From positions 434,001-498,000 of the forward strand of contig VJWM01000007.1 in NCBI GenBank assembly GCA_010909165.1: DNA of 64,000 nt. The letters are read 5' to 3'. The DNA is from Anthoceros angustus (lineage: Eukaryota > Plantae > Anthocerotophyta). Positions 24,001-38,600 of the stretch are shown one piece after another. The position numbers and the translations under genes were made by a program. The notes below the pieces were generated by a model. It saw only the letters and a program-made list of their open reading frames with translations. It did not search any database and was not told the origin of the DNA. How positions within the stretch are numbered: position 1 is the first letter of the stretch; every line of letters starts with the position of its first letter.

Positions 24001-25450
24001 AGTCACCACCTAAAGATCCGGAGCCATCTGCAAAAAAAATCAAAAGACTAGAAGAAGCAAATGGTGGAAGCCCTTAACTAAGTTCTTCCATAAGTCCTAG
24101 AAGATTTGAAGACTTCTAAAAAAAGGCGAAGCAAAATCGGAGCCCACAATGAACAAAATGAAGATGGAGAAGAAAAGAATAAAAGATCTATCCGCGAATA
24201 CGAAGCATCTTCAAAGTGCTACCCAAGTCGAGCATGAAACTTGCTCTACTAGAGAAGTATGAGGGAGAAAGAGACCTTCAAGTCATTGATTCTTGGATCT
24301 ATTCTATAGAAACTTATCTTGCCTCAATTGGTCTTGAGCGCTATACTACTTGAGTACTATTAGCAATTTTCTAAAGGGTTATGCGCCTTAAAGCGGTGGC
24401 GTGTTATGGTACAAATGTTGCCAAGGGTAACCGAGCTCATACAATCATAGACGACATCTTTTAAAGAATCCCTCAAGAAGCGGTTCCGCTTTCACACCTA
24501 AGTCCAACTACTTGATAATGTCAAGCAAACAAGTACAAGATTATGAGGCTCTAGCAATGCAAGTGAGGAGTGTAGGCAGGAGCTGCTAACTTCACTAAGC
24601 GGAAATGGAGTTGCACGAGGCAATCCAAGAGGAACTTTCCGTGGAAGAAATCGGGTGCGAAAGGTAGTGAAGCTCAAAGAATGGTCATAATGGGTTCTCG
24701 AAAAGGAGTCTACTCTTATGGAGAGGCATTATGCAAATGAATGCCCAATTCTGGACAAACTCGCAATGTCACGAATGCTACATGTGGTGAGTCTCTGGCA
24801 CCGTGGATGGTGGTACGAGCATGGTTAGGTGACCACTAATTTTAAACGGCTAAACCGTCTAAGTGGTGTTTTGCATGACGTTGATTTTAACAATTGAAAT
24901 TATGCCCATTTTGACCGATATTTTTAGGGCTATTCGCTTTTAACTTCATAGATTATTTCATATTTTTAGGGCTATTTTTTAACTTCATAAATTTTATATT
25001 TGGAAAATTAATTTATTTGATATATTATTAGATTAAGTCTTGCTATATATGCTAGGGACAATTTATCATACAAACTCGTAAGTGACCGACGCGGAAGCGA
25101 GGTGGAAACGAAAGGTGGATGCTCGCTTGACTTTTAAGGGTGATAATGAGTTATCCACTTCCATCAGTGCTCTAATGTTGAGACTCAAGCATTGATTTGT
25201 GCATGCATCACGCTAAACCGCGAGCTCAACCTTGGACGGCGGTGAGGAGGCTGGTTGTCACCATGCGAAGTCCCTACATGGCTTCGCTAGAGCTATGTCG
25301 CGGCGAGCAATAGGTGGTGTGAAGCGGTGATCGGCTAAAAGTCGCTGGGGTCGAACCGTGTTCTTACGGCCGATTTGGTAGCTCGTTGGTGTGCGGCGTG
25401 GCGCGGAGGGCGTTTGGGACCGCTACGGGCAGCTTTTCCGGAACGTGAGC
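14940..25450. repeat. Tandem array of six ~1.75-kb units made of retrotransposon fragments
   Basis: The anchor cctcctttacctcctagaag recurs at 14954, 16698, 18484, 20236, 21984 and 23746 (periods 1744-1786). Each unit has the Gypsy linker, Gypsy gag (LEKYEGERDLQVIDSWIYSIETYL...WTSFKESLKK), a zinc knuckle (GESGHYANECP), an AT-rich block and a GC-rich block. Confidence 0.95.
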
Positions 25451-26657
25451 GCTGTGGGCGCTGTGGTGCAGGCGAACGCGATAGGCGCCACCGCCTTCAG
25501 TTTTTCCCCGGTGAGTCCCTACATGGCTTCTGCTAGAGCTTTATCGTGCGCACAATAGGTGGTGTGATGGCAGGGGGTGGTATGCGCAAAAGCGGGGTCG
25601 GAACGGGTTCTTCTGGCGGTTGGTAGCTCGGTGGTGCAGGTAGTGGGCGGTGGCTTTGTGCGGAGGGCGTTTGGGACCGTCAGCCGTGCGGCAGGCTTTT
25701 CCTGGAACGTGGAGTTCTGGTGCTCGGTGGATTTGGGAGCTCGGTGGTGCAGGCAATAGGCGGTGGGTTTGTGCGGAAGGCCTTTGGGTCCGCCCCGTCG
25801 GCGGCACTTCTGGGCGAGGCCCGTGCTATGCCAAGCAGCGTGCGGCGTGACGGACAAAGCCCGGCGAGGTGAAGGACACCATGTCACTAGTAAGTAGGGT
25901 GAAGGCTCGGCGTGTGGCGGGAGTAGCTACTGCGGAATGGCAGGTGGTGTGTCAAGCGCCTCTGTGCAACAAGATGGGCGAACGCTAGGCGCCTGAAGGC
26001 TAGGTTGGATAGAGTCAAAGGTGGCGCGGCTCTGCAAGGACACGACATTCTGAAAAATTCGGGGAGCATTGGTGTTGGCACTACGGTGATATGGAATTGT
26101 CAACTACGGGTGTGAATGTCAGGTGTGCTGAACTACAGGTTGGACTAAAGGAGGCTATTGGAGGTGAAGATGAGATCAAGAGGCAGTTTGGGGATGTCAC
26201 TAATGGAAATGATGGATACCTCTTGGGGATCACAGACCTACTGTCTAACATAGAGTGGACATAGAGTGGAATAGTTGCGCATCGCGGTCATCATACTCAT
26301 CACATCTCTTGAAGAATATAACTGAGCAAGGTGATCCCACATCTGTTTAGAAGTTTTTGCTTGACTGCATTGTCTTACCATGTTTAGTGCTAGTCCACCG
26401 ATCGGGAGGTCTTGAGCTTTTTCATCCTCGCGCCCTGTGTTTCTTTGCTCTCGAGCCCCATTGTGGTCTGGGTGGACCCTTAACGCTCCATAGATCTCGA
26501 TTGCGGAAAAGTGCACGCAAGCGCCAAACGCCAGACGCCCATTGAATCTCCTTCTCTAAAATCACCATAGTTGTGATTCACCACGGAAGGTCGTACTTCA
26601 TCTTTGGGTGGATCCTTCCTCTCCTCTCTCTCTCTCTTAACGTCATGTTGTTGTTTC
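25080..26657 (-). mobile_element. Ty1/Copia host element, gag to start of protease (3' part lost), continuing from 39070-39884
   Basis: The minus strand reads FNG..WRLALRALFRNRDLWSV, KAQDL, QAKTSKQMWDHLAQLYSSRD, LPEFF..PLTLSNL and a DSG..RH-like protease start. The flanks join across the TCCTC target-site duplication. Confidence 0.7.
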
Positions 26658-26662
26658 TCCTC

Positions 26663-29600
26663 TGTTCGGGGTTAACCTGACTCGCTTCGGGTTAATTCCC
26701 CTGGGTTGATTATGTTTAGGCAGTTTATATTAGGGTTGTTTAGATGAAAGGGTGCCTAGCCTAGTATAGGCTCATATATACACTTTATTAAACTCTTTTT
26801 GTATTCATTCTCATATTCAACAATTGCTTTATGCTCTCTTCTCCTGCTTTCACATCCCAAACATGATATCTGAGCATGGTTTAAAGTACTATGGCTCCTG
26901 ATCCCCATGACTAGGATATCATATACCGGTCGATCCTGGAGTTTATCAGACCTGATCCATTGTTTATGGATTGAGGCTATTGATGTATTAGTTTGGTTAG
27001 GTGATTGGTATTTATACAATCAAGGATCTGACTGCAGTTTTATAGAGTAGCCTCTATGCGGCTAAACAAAGTAGCAAACACGAGTCTTGATCTAAGACTA
27101 CCATCCTATGTGCTTCCGCTGCCAAGCAGGAAGAAGAAATGAAATTCTAAATTCAGAATTTTATATGGCCTGATTTTCTGATCCAAAACAGGAAAAGCAG
27201 CAAGGACTTCAATAGGACTCAGCAGCAATTTCCTATGCTGGCTGAATTTTGTTAAAATCCCTCTCTTTTCCTGCACGACAGAATCAGCCTATTTACAAAT
27301 GTTTTTCTAAAACATGATTCAAACCCTTAATTCTAACAGACCTACACCATAATGCCTTCTCGTAGGCGTGGTCGAGGATCCGCATGCGTAGGAAGCAAAT
27401 CACTACTTTTCGTGGTTTACAGGAAAGGACCGCGAAAATTTGGGCAAGTGGTGTGGAATCGACCGTGATTTCCCGCGCATTGATAATCGATATGATCAGC
27501 TTATTCACATGATTTGTACGCAATGGTGATGACATGTTCGTATCAACGTAATTGAACTGCAAGCTTCGTGAATTGCTACATGCGTGATCGATTGGATGCC
27601 GCTCACCCAAATGGATCCTGACGCTGAACCCATCTCATGGTGCGTTCACGTGAAAGGGCATTCGTGGTTAGGGTTTTGAACATACCCGCTCATTCTGCTG
27701 CTTTGGCAATGAGCATGTTGTTTCGAGATCTCCTCGAGTGCCCTTTCCCTTCATCCTGTAGCTGCATCCCTGCACATGCAGAGACACCTGTTAGCCAATT
27801 ATATATGGACGATTGGGTGTTGGATGATTTAGCAGAATCACTTTCTAACCTTTTTTCAGTGAGTTGACTTCTGCTGCTCAAACCTTGAACCTAGGTCAAC
27901 CCAAGATGTCTAACATCAATCCCTCCCACCTCTTCCTCCGCCTCTTCTCCACCTTTGTCCCTCCCGCCCATACAATCGCTTTTACATCCGAACTCAAGGA
28001 AAAAGATGATTTAATGGCCAAGTACGAGGTGTGGAGTGCGGATGAAGTTGACGTTGGCTCGAGGAGTCCGGGCATTGTCGATGGTTCTATCCCCGAACCG
28101 CCCTACCGCTCCCTGGCAGATAAAGACAATGGTCACATTCCAAGGTGTTGAATCGCTTCCTTGTTTCTCGGCCCGACCGAGGACCTTATCCCTCAAATTG
28201 AGTTCCTCACCAAAGCCGTGAGATCGTCACAATTGGAAAGCCAAGACAAGATTAATAACGCCTCACACTCAGACATTGCGTATGGAGTTCTATGGATTGA
28301 AAATGCGAGAGGAGACAAAGTTCTTGCTCACACCAAAGAAGCTTAGACACCTTCGAGCTCAACTTACCTCACTTGGTACCGTGTGATGGACGAGGTGGAC
28401 GTGATAGCTCAATTGCTCACCACCGCCACCCGCTATCATCAAAATTCCGCCCATAATGTCCCCATCCGACTGGCTATGGTCATGGGAGATGATTCAAATC
28501 ACCTTAGACGAGGTGATAGGTGCACTCTTCCGTGAAGAGCAAAGCGTGCTCATGTCGGTTCCGAAAGCCAAAGGCGCGTGAGGCCTCCGCGGGCGGGCAC
28601 AAAAGAGATAAAACGCGACATGACTTCCAACCAGGAAACAGAAATGAAGGCCAACGCCATGAGGCAGCCCTTCTATAAAACGACCGGTAATTGCAATTGT
28701 GCGGCAAACCCGTCATTGGGCGAATGAATGTAGGAAAAGAAGGCCGGGAGCCTCGCAAGCCTTCCGTTCATCGCCAGTTGTCGAGACAAGCCTCGCAGAT
28801 TCCAACAAACCCATGGTCAAAATCCTAATGCTTGTCTACCTTAGGGATGCAGCACTGCACTGGATTCCCCATACCACATATGTCGGGATGAGTCCCTCTT
28901 CACATCCCTTACTCCTTCGCTACTATAGATGAGTGTACTTAGGTGATGAGCAATACCACTAGTCCGCAGATCTTAGGACAAGGCTCCTCGCACCTTCAGC
29001 CGAGTGATGGGTCTACTTTAATCCCTCGAGAGGTCTTATATGTTCCTAGTATGGCTAAGAACCTCCTCTCCTTAAGTAGACCGCTTAAGCCAGAGTTTTC
29101 ACCAATGCCCCTGTGATGGCTCTGCTGCTTCTCTCGAAAGGACTCACCCTCCCATGCGTGTTTAAGGCTCCCACCGAGCATGATCTCTACAGTGGACTTT
29201 TGCTCTTCAAGAAACAAATTTAAGCTAACTCTACAAGTGCAGGAAACCTTTCATTAAACAAAGAATCTATTCTCCGCATGCACGGCTTGGACATCTAAAT
29301 CGCAAGTCGTTAGCATCCCTTAGTACTAGTGATTGCTATCGTGAGCCTCTACCTGTCCACCTAAAGGAGCTCCCCCTATGTGAAACCTGTGCCCTTGCTA
29401 AACAGAAGGAGCAACCTTTCCCGACGGGTCCTGCTCACATATCCTCTCAACCCCTAGTACTGGTGCATGCTGACATATCTGGCCGCCTTCAGGTTTCCTC
29501 ACTTGGAGGGGCAGACTATTATTTCACCATTACAGATGACTATACAAGGTACACCTGGACATTCCCTATGAAGAGGAAAATGAGACTTTCCTATCTTTCA

Positions 29601-32600
29601 AGAGTCGATCACGGTGCGCCAAATGCCGCCTCCTTAAGATGTTTAGATCTCGACAATGGGATGAATTCCTTTGCAACCCTCTTCTACTCAAGGAATTATT
29701 CACCAGCCTAATCGTATCTATACGAAAGAACAAAATGGCGCTGCGTAAAGGAAGAACTGGACCTTGATGGGTATGACCCGAGCCATGTTGCTATGGTCGG
29801 GCCTCCCATCCCCTTATTGGGCGTAGGCGCTTGTCACCTCAATATACATATCGAACAGATTGCCGAGTACTTCCATTGTCCCCAACACAACACCATTCGA
29901 GTTGTTCTGGAAGCGTAAGCCTAGCCTCCTTCATCTTAGGATTTTGGCTCCAAGGCCTATGCTTACATACATGAGGACAAAAGACGGAAGTTAGACAATC
30001 GCTCAAAACGCCTTATATTCGTAGGTTACAAACAAGTTGAAGGCATACAAGTTAATTGACCCCATTTCCAAGCAACTGTCCTGCGAGGAGTGTTACCTTC
30101 TTAGAGCCCTGCAATCGCCTCCCTTGAGAGACCTAATCTTCGATCCTTTTGAGCGCTTTGATGACTATGAAGATGCTTTTCTCGAGGACACTGGTCCCTT
30201 TATCTTCGTATCCTATGGACGATGGACACTTACCTAATCCACCTACGTCATTCCAGACCCGCTCCCGCTAATCCGTGATTACCTCGTTATTCAGCCCGCC
30301 GCTGGTGGTAATAATAATGATCAGCCGATCCTCTTGCACCGCAGCACATTGATATGTTAGGCCCCGATCAAGATGAACAGACGGAAATTTAGATGTTGAT
30401 TTAGATCTTGGAAATCATGTCACAGTGTGTTGGATTTTATATCTTCCGAGGACGATGAGCCTCCTCGCCGTCTGGCCAAAGACCGGAGATCCCGAGGATG
30501 TGCCCTCGCCTGCCTCCGACATAGACCTCCGCCTTCCGAATGGAGGGAACCACCATATGCGAGCATTGATTTCGCATTTACATGCTCAGCCTGACCTCCA
30601 GACATCCTCGCAGCCGACTTCTCTCACGTGGCGCCATCGGACCGCATAAAGAGAAATGGAAGTTTGTTGTCGATGACGAGTACAACGACTTGATGAAAAT
30701 GGTACATGGCGCTTATAGTACCCGCACTGCAAAACGAAAGGCAATCACTTGTAAGTGGGTATTTAAACACAAACTTAATGCACAAGGACATATTGCTCGC
30801 TAAAGCAAGGTTAGCGCTGTGGGTTCACCCAAGAGTTTAGATTACCAGAAACCTTCTCCCCGCTGTGCATGCTCAATCTATCCGAATTATTTTGGCCCTT
30901 GCAGGAGAATATGACCTTGAGTTACAGCAGATGGATGTTTGCACGGCTTTCCTTCATGGGATCCTCGAAGAGGAATTGTACATGGAGCCAGAAGGCTACG
31001 TTGACTCTGCACATCCTGACCACGTTTGCCTATTAATCAAGTGCCTTTATGGCTTGAAACAAAGTGTAGAACGATGGTATAAAAGATGTGATCGCCTCAA
31101 GAATCTTGGCTTCAACAAAGGCAAAGTCGACAACCATCCTGCTTCGAGATGGCTCAAATTATGTTATACTTGCACTCTATGTTGACGATGTGATACTCAG
31201 CCAAGAACCCTACCATCCCGTCACATGTCAAGACACTTTTAAGAAACACATTTGAAATGATTTGATGTGGTGACTGTTATTCTCGCTTGGGAATATGTGT
31301 CCTCGTGGATAGATCTCAAGGCATGCCGATTATTCACCAGCATAAGTACATAGCTGAAATCTTACATCGCTTTTAACATGGACAGGCCCATCTCGCCTCT
31401 ACCCGCCGTTGTTGGGACCAAGCTTACAAGGTATGAGTCTCCTTCCATAGAGACAAGCAAGAAATGCTTGATGTTCCATATCGCCAAAGCTATCGGTAGC
31501 CTAATATTTGTTAGCAATCGGACAAGGCTCGACGCTCAACATTCAGCTAGTACCGCCTCACAATTCCTCGACAATCCGTGACGTGCCCGGATGCCAGTGA
31601 AAAGAATTTTCCGCTATCTAAAAGGCACACATTATGTTGGCTTATGCTACATATCGGACAGCCTCACCTTGTGCTCGAGGGGTACACGGATGCGCATCGG
31701 GCCTCGACGGATGTGCAAGAGTCTCTCCACATATGTCTTTCTTCTAGCATGTGCCACCATTAACCGGAGTCGTAAGAAGGTATCAGCATTGCCCCTGCCA
31801 TACGTGTCGAGTACAAACTTGACGGATGCTACAAAGGAGGTTGAATGGGAGCGGTCTTTCCTACATGACATAGGGCATAACAGACCAACTCACCGCTCGT
31901 GACAACCAATCGCCATCGCCTGCCGCCAATCCTCGCCTTCCATGCTCGGATTTAAACATATCGAGGTACATCACCACCACGTTAGAGATGTTGCCGAGAG
32001 GGGTTAGTGAAAATCCTCTATGTCCCACAGATACAACACAGACATCTTAACGAAGGCCTTGCCTAAGGATAAGCACTGTAAACACATGGAAGGCCTAGGG
32101 CTTATTGATTATCAGCCATATTTCGTGCCCAATCCATAATAGGATGGAGAGGAACTTACGGGTGAGGCCTCGAGCCTCGATTGTTGCCGATCCTCATGGT
32201 CAAGTACCTGGGGATGTGGAGGGTTAGCACTGCATGTAGGCGGCTCATCGCATAGTCACCTACACACACGCATGTGGATGAAGCTCAACGAAAGTCTAAT
32301 CACTGATCAGGCTGCCTCCTCTCTTCCTCCCCGAAATTTCAACAGTCAAGCCTTTGTGCCTGCAGAGGTTTCGAGGTTCTCCTCCTCCTCGTGTCCTCTC
32401 GTACCTCCCTTCCTCACCGGCCTTGCCCAAAGACATCTTGACATTGAAGAGCACCTTCCACCCTCCAACCCTCGACTGGTGCGACCACGTGGTTTCGTCC
32501 CACTCTTCTTCACAGTTGCGCTTGGGCGCTTCTTCCGAGCCTCGCCTCGCCCGCTTGGACTCACTTGAGGCATCGAGTAAGAATCGCCACAGCTTGGATT

Positions 32601-35600
32601 CCAAAGAATATGACAATGAGGAGCGTAGCATACGCTATTGCTGTGTTTATAGCAGCTCCATCGCTTCCACCTCACGCCCCTCGTGATGAGTGCCCCGAGC
32701 TCGCATCCTCCTTGTGATCGCCCTCCACCGTCTCACGAGGTCTCGCGCCGCCCCGGCTCACTCCGCTGCGCAAGGGAGGTGTTGGTTAACGACCGCTCGG
32801 TTAATTCGTTGATTATGTTTAGGTAGTTTATATTAGGGTTGTTTAGATGAAAGGGTGCCTAGTCTAGTATAGGCTCATATATACACTTTATTAAACTCTT
32901 TTGTATTCATTCTCATATTCAACAATTGCTTTATGCTCTCTTCTCCTGCTTTCACATCCCAAACATGATATCTGAGCATGGTTTAAAGTACTATGGCTCC
33001 TGATCCCCATGACTAGGATATCATATACCGGTCGATCCTGGAGTTTATCAGACCTGATCCATTGTTTATGGATTGAGGCTATTGATGTATTAGTTTGGTT
33101 AGGTGATTGGTATTTATACAATCAAGGGATCTTATGACCGTGTTTTATAGCGTAGCCTCTATGCGGCTAAACAGGCGAGCAAACACGAGTCTTGATCTAA
33201 GACTACCATCCTATGTGCCCCGCCAAGGTGAAGAAGAAATGAAATTCTAAATTAATTTTATATATTTGATCGATCCAAAGGAAAAGCGAAGGACTTCAAT
33301 AGGACTCAAGAGCAATTTCCTATGCTGGCTGAATTTTGTTAAAATCCTCTCTTTTCCTCGCACCACGTAATCTACCTATTTACAAATGTTTTCTAAAACA
33401 TGATTCAAACCCTTAATTCTAACAGACCTACACCATAATGCCTTCTCGTAGGCGTGGTCGAGGGTCCGCATAGCAGGGAAGCAACCCACTACTTCTTCGT
33501 GGTTTACAGGAAAGGATCGAAAATTTGGGCAAGGTGTGGAATCGACCGTGATTTGCCCGCGCATTGATAATCGATATGATCAGCTTATTCACATGATTTG
33601 CACGCATGGTGATGACATGTTCGATCATTCAACTAATTGACAAGCTTTCTGTTGAAATTGCATACATTAGTGATCGATTGGATCTGCTCACCCAGAAATT
33701 GCAGCGATCCAGCACGCCTGAACCCATCTCCATGGTGCGTTCACGTGAAAGGGCATTTTCAGGGTTAGGGTTTTGTGAACATACCCGTTCATTCTGTCGT
33801 TTGGCAATGAGCATGTTGTTTCGAGATCTCCTCGAGTGCCCTTTCCCTTCATCCTGTAGCTGCATCCCTGCACATGCAGAGACACCTGTTAGCCAATTAT
33901 ATATGGACGATTGGGTGTTGGATGATTTAGCAGAATCACTTTCTAACCTTTTTCGGAGTTGACTGCTCAAACCTTGAACCTAGGTCAACCCAGCATGTCT
34001 AACATCAATCCTCCCCCACCACCTCTTCCTCCGCCCTCTTCTCCACCTCTTGTCCCTCCTCGCCCATACAATCCTGTTTTTACATCTGAACTCAAGGAAA
34101 AAGACAGATTTAATGGCCAGAAGTACGAGGTGTGGAGAGTGCGGATGAAGTCGACGTTGTTGGCTCGAGGAGTCTGGGGCATTGTCGATGGTTCTATCCC
34201 TGAACCCCTTCTACCGCCTCCCGAGATAAAGACAAATGGTCACATTCCAACAAGGTTGGAATCGCCTCCTTGTTTCTCGGCCCGACCGAGGACCTTATCC
34301 TCAAATTGAGTTCCTCACCAAAGCCAGTGAGATCTGGTCACAATTGGAAAGCCAGTACAAGATTAATAACGTCCTCACACTGCATATTGCGTATGGAGTT
34401 CTATGGATTGAAAATGCGAAGGAGACAAAGTTCTTGCTCACACCAAAGAAGCTTAGACACCTTCAAGCTCAACTTACCTCACTTGAATGTGGATGGACGA
34501 GGTGGACGTGATAGCTCAATTGCTCACCACCGCCACCCGCTTATCAAAATTTGATCACCAATGTCCCCATCCGACAAGCTATGGCCGCCGGTGCAGCCGA
34601 GATGATTCAAATCACCTTAGACGAGGTGATAGGTGCACTCTTCCGTGAAGAGCAAAGGTGCTCATGTCGTGGTCCTGCCAAATCGATGAGGCCGACTAGC
34701 CTTCCGAGAACAAAAGATAAAACGCAGACATGACTTCCAACCGAGGCAAAATGAAGGCCAACGCCATGAGGCGGGCCCTTCTATAAAACGCCGGTAATTG
34801 CAATTGTGCGGCAAACCCGGTCATTGGGCGAATGAATGTAGGAAAAGAAGGCCGGGAGCCGCAAGCCTTCCCTGCTCTTCGCCACCGCCGTTGTCGAGAC
34901 AAGCGCAGATTCCAACAAACCATGGTCAAAATCCTAAATTGCTTTGTCTACCTTAACAGGGATGCACAGCACTGGACTGGATACACACATATGTCGGGAT
35001 GAGTCCTCTTCACATCCCTTACTCCTTCGGCTCTACTATAGAGTGTACTTAGGTGATGAGCGTACCACCACTAGTCTGCAGATCTTAGGACAAGGCTCCT
35101 GCACCTTCAGGCTGAGTGATGGGTCTACTTTAATCCTGACAGAGGTCTTATATGTTCCTAGTATGGCTAAGAACCTCCTCTCCTTAAGTAGACTGCTTAA
35201 ACTACAGAGTTTTCAGCTAACAGCCCAGGATGGCTCCTGTTGCTTCTCTCGAAAGGACTCACCCTCTGTATGCGTGTTTAAGGCTCTACCTGAGCATGAT
35301 CTCTACAGTTGGACTTTACTGTCTTCAGCAAACACCAAGCTAACTCTACAAGTGCGGAAACCTTTCACCAAACAAAGAATCTATTCTCCGGCATGCACGG
35401 CTTGGACATCTAAATCGCAAGTCGTTAGCATCCCTTAGTACTAGTGATTGCTATCGTGAGCCTCACCGTCCACCTAAAGGAGCTCCCCTATGTGAAACCC
35501 GTGCCCTTGCTAAACGGGAGCAACCTTTCCGACGGGTCCCGCTCACATCCTCTCAACCCCTAAATCTGTGCATCGACATATCCGCCGCCGGTTTCCTCAC

Positions 35601-38600
35601 TTGAGGGGCGACTATTATTTCACCATTACTGATGACTACAAGGTACACTGGACATTCCCTATGAAGAGGAAAATGAGACTTTCCCTATCTTTCAAGAGTG
35701 GCGATCACTGCGCCAAACAAAGTGCCTCCTTAAGATGTTTAGATCTGACAATGGGACAGAATTCGTGAATCAGTCCTTTGCAACCCTCTTCTCTGCTCAA
35801 GGAATTATTCACCAGCTAATCGTACCTTATACGCAGCAATAAAATGGCGTTGCAGAAAGGAAGAACCAGACCTTGATGGGTATGACCCGAGCCATGTTGC
35901 TATGGTCGGGCCTCCCATCCCCTTATTGGGCGTAGGCTTGTCACCTCAACATACATCAGATTGCCGAGTACTTCCATTGTCCCCAACACAACACCATTCG
36001 AGTTGTGAAGCCTAGCCTCCTTCATCTTAGGATTTTGGCTCCAAGGCCTATGCTTACATACATGAGGACAAAAGGCGGAAGTTAGACAATCGCTCAAAAC
36101 GCTTATATTCTCTGTAGGTTACAAAGTAAAGTTGAAGGCATACAAGTTAATTGACCCCATTTCCAAGCAACTGCCCTGCGAGGAGTGTTACCTTCTTAGA
36201 GCCCTTGCAATGCCTCCCTTGAGAGACGAATCTTCTGATCCTTTTGAGCAGTTTGATGACTATGAAGATGCTTTTCTCGAGGACACAGTGGGTCCCTTAT
36301 CTTCGTATCCTATGGACGATGGACACTTACCTAATCCACCTACATATTCCAGACTCCTCGCTAATCCGGATTACCTCGTTATTCCAGCCCCGCGGGTGGT
36401 AATAATAATGATCAGCCAGATCCTCTTGCACCTGCAGCAGACATTGATATGTTAGGCCCTGATCAAGATGAACAGGACGCTGGAAATTTAGATGTTGATT
36501 TAGATCTTGGAAATCATGCTGAACAGGTGTTGGATTTTATATCTTCTGAGGACGATGAGCCTCCTCACCAGACCTGGCTGCACCAAGACTGGAGATCCCG
36601 AGGATGCCCTCGCCGCTCCTCCGACATAGACCTCCGCCTTCCGAATGGAGGGAACCACCATATGGCATTGATTTCGCATTTACATGCTCAGCAGTGCACC
36701 TCCAGACCTCCGAGCCGACTTCTCTCATGTAAGCGCCATCGGACCGCATAAAGAGAAGAAGTTTGTTGTCGGCGACATACACTTGATGAAAATGGTACAT
36801 GGCGCTTAGTACCTGCACTGCAAAACGAAAGGCAATCACTTGTAAGTGGGTATTTAAACACAAACTTAATGCACAAGGACATATTGCTCAAGCATAGGTT
36901 AAAGCTGTGGTTCACCCAAGTTGCAGTTTAGATTACGTGAAACCTTCTCCCCGTTGTGCATGCTCAATCTATCCGAATTATTTTGGCCCTGCGGTAATAT
37001 GACCTTGAGTTACGCAGATGGATGTTTGCACGCTTTCCTTCATGGGATCCTCAAGAGAATTGTACATGGAGCGCCGGAAGGCTACGCTGACTGCACATCC
37101 CCACCACGTTTGCCTATTAATCAAGTGCCTTTATGGCTTGAAACAAAGTAAACGATGGTATAAAAGATGTGATCGCCTCAAGAATCTTGGCTTCAAAAAG
37201 GTAAAGTCGACTAACGCTTATCTGCTTCGAGATGGCTCACTTATGTTATACTTGCACACTTGTGTCAACGATGTGATACTCGTGACCAAGAACCCTACCA
37301 TCCTGTCACATGTCAAGACACTTTTAAGAAACACATTTGAAATGATTTGACGGTGGTTATTCGCTTTGGGAATACAGTGTCCTCGTGGTTAGATCTCAAG
37401 GCATGCCGATTATTCACCAGCATAAGTACATAGCTGAAATCTTACATCGCTTTTAACATGGGACAGCCCATCCGCCTCTACCCGCCGTCATTGTTGGGAC
37501 CAAGCTTACAAGGTATGAGTCTCCTTCCACAGAGCAAGAAATGCTTGATGTTCCATATCGCCAAAGCTATCGGTAGCCTAATATTTGTTAGCAATCGGAC
37601 AAGGCTCGACGCTCAACATTCAGCTAGTACCGCCTCACAATTCCTCGACAATCCGGACGTGCCATCGGATGCCAGTGAAAAGAATTTTCCGCTATCTAAA
37701 AGGCACACATTATGTTGGCTTATGCTACAAGCATACCGGATGCCTCACCTTGTGCTCGAGGGGTACACGATGCGCATCACCGGCTGATAGCCGCAAGAGT
37801 CTCCACATATGTTTCTTCTAAGTGCCACCATTAACCGGAGTCGGCGAAGGCATCAGCATTGCCCATCCAAGTCTGGTAGTACAAACTTGACGGATGCTAC
37901 AAAGGAGGTTGAATGGGAGCGGTCTTTCCTACATGACCTAGGGCAGACACAAACAGGACCAACTCACCGCTCAGGACAACCAATCCGCCATCGCCTGCCG
38001 CCAATCCTCGCCTTCCATGCTCGGACGAAACATATCGAGGTACATCACCACCACGTTAGAGATGTTGCCGAGAGGGGTTAGTGAAAATCCTCTATGTCCT
38101 GATAATAATACAGACATCTTAACGAAGGCCTTGCCTAAGGATAAGCACTGTAAACACATGGAAGGCCTAGGGCTTATTGATTATCAGCCATATTTCAGCC
38201 CAATCCATAATAGGATGGAGAGGAACTTACGGTGAGGCCTCGAGCCTCAGATTTGTTGCTGATCCCCGCCTGCCTTCATGGTCAAGTACCTCCAAAGGGA
38301 TGTGGAGGGTTAGCACTGTGATGTATGGCGCCACTGTGCAGTCAGCCTACACACACGTATGTGGATGAAGCTCAAGAAATTCTAATCACTGATCAGGCTG
38401 CCTCCTTCCTCCTGCCGAAATTTCAACAGGTCAAGCAGCCTTTGTGCTTCCTGCAGAGGTTTCAGGAGGTTCTCCTCGTCTCCTGTGTCCTCTCGTACTC
38501 CCTTCCTCACCGGCCTTGCCCAAAGACATCTTGACATTGAAGAGCACCTTCCACCCTCCAACCCTCGACCGGTGTCACCACGTGGTTTCGTCCCACTCTT

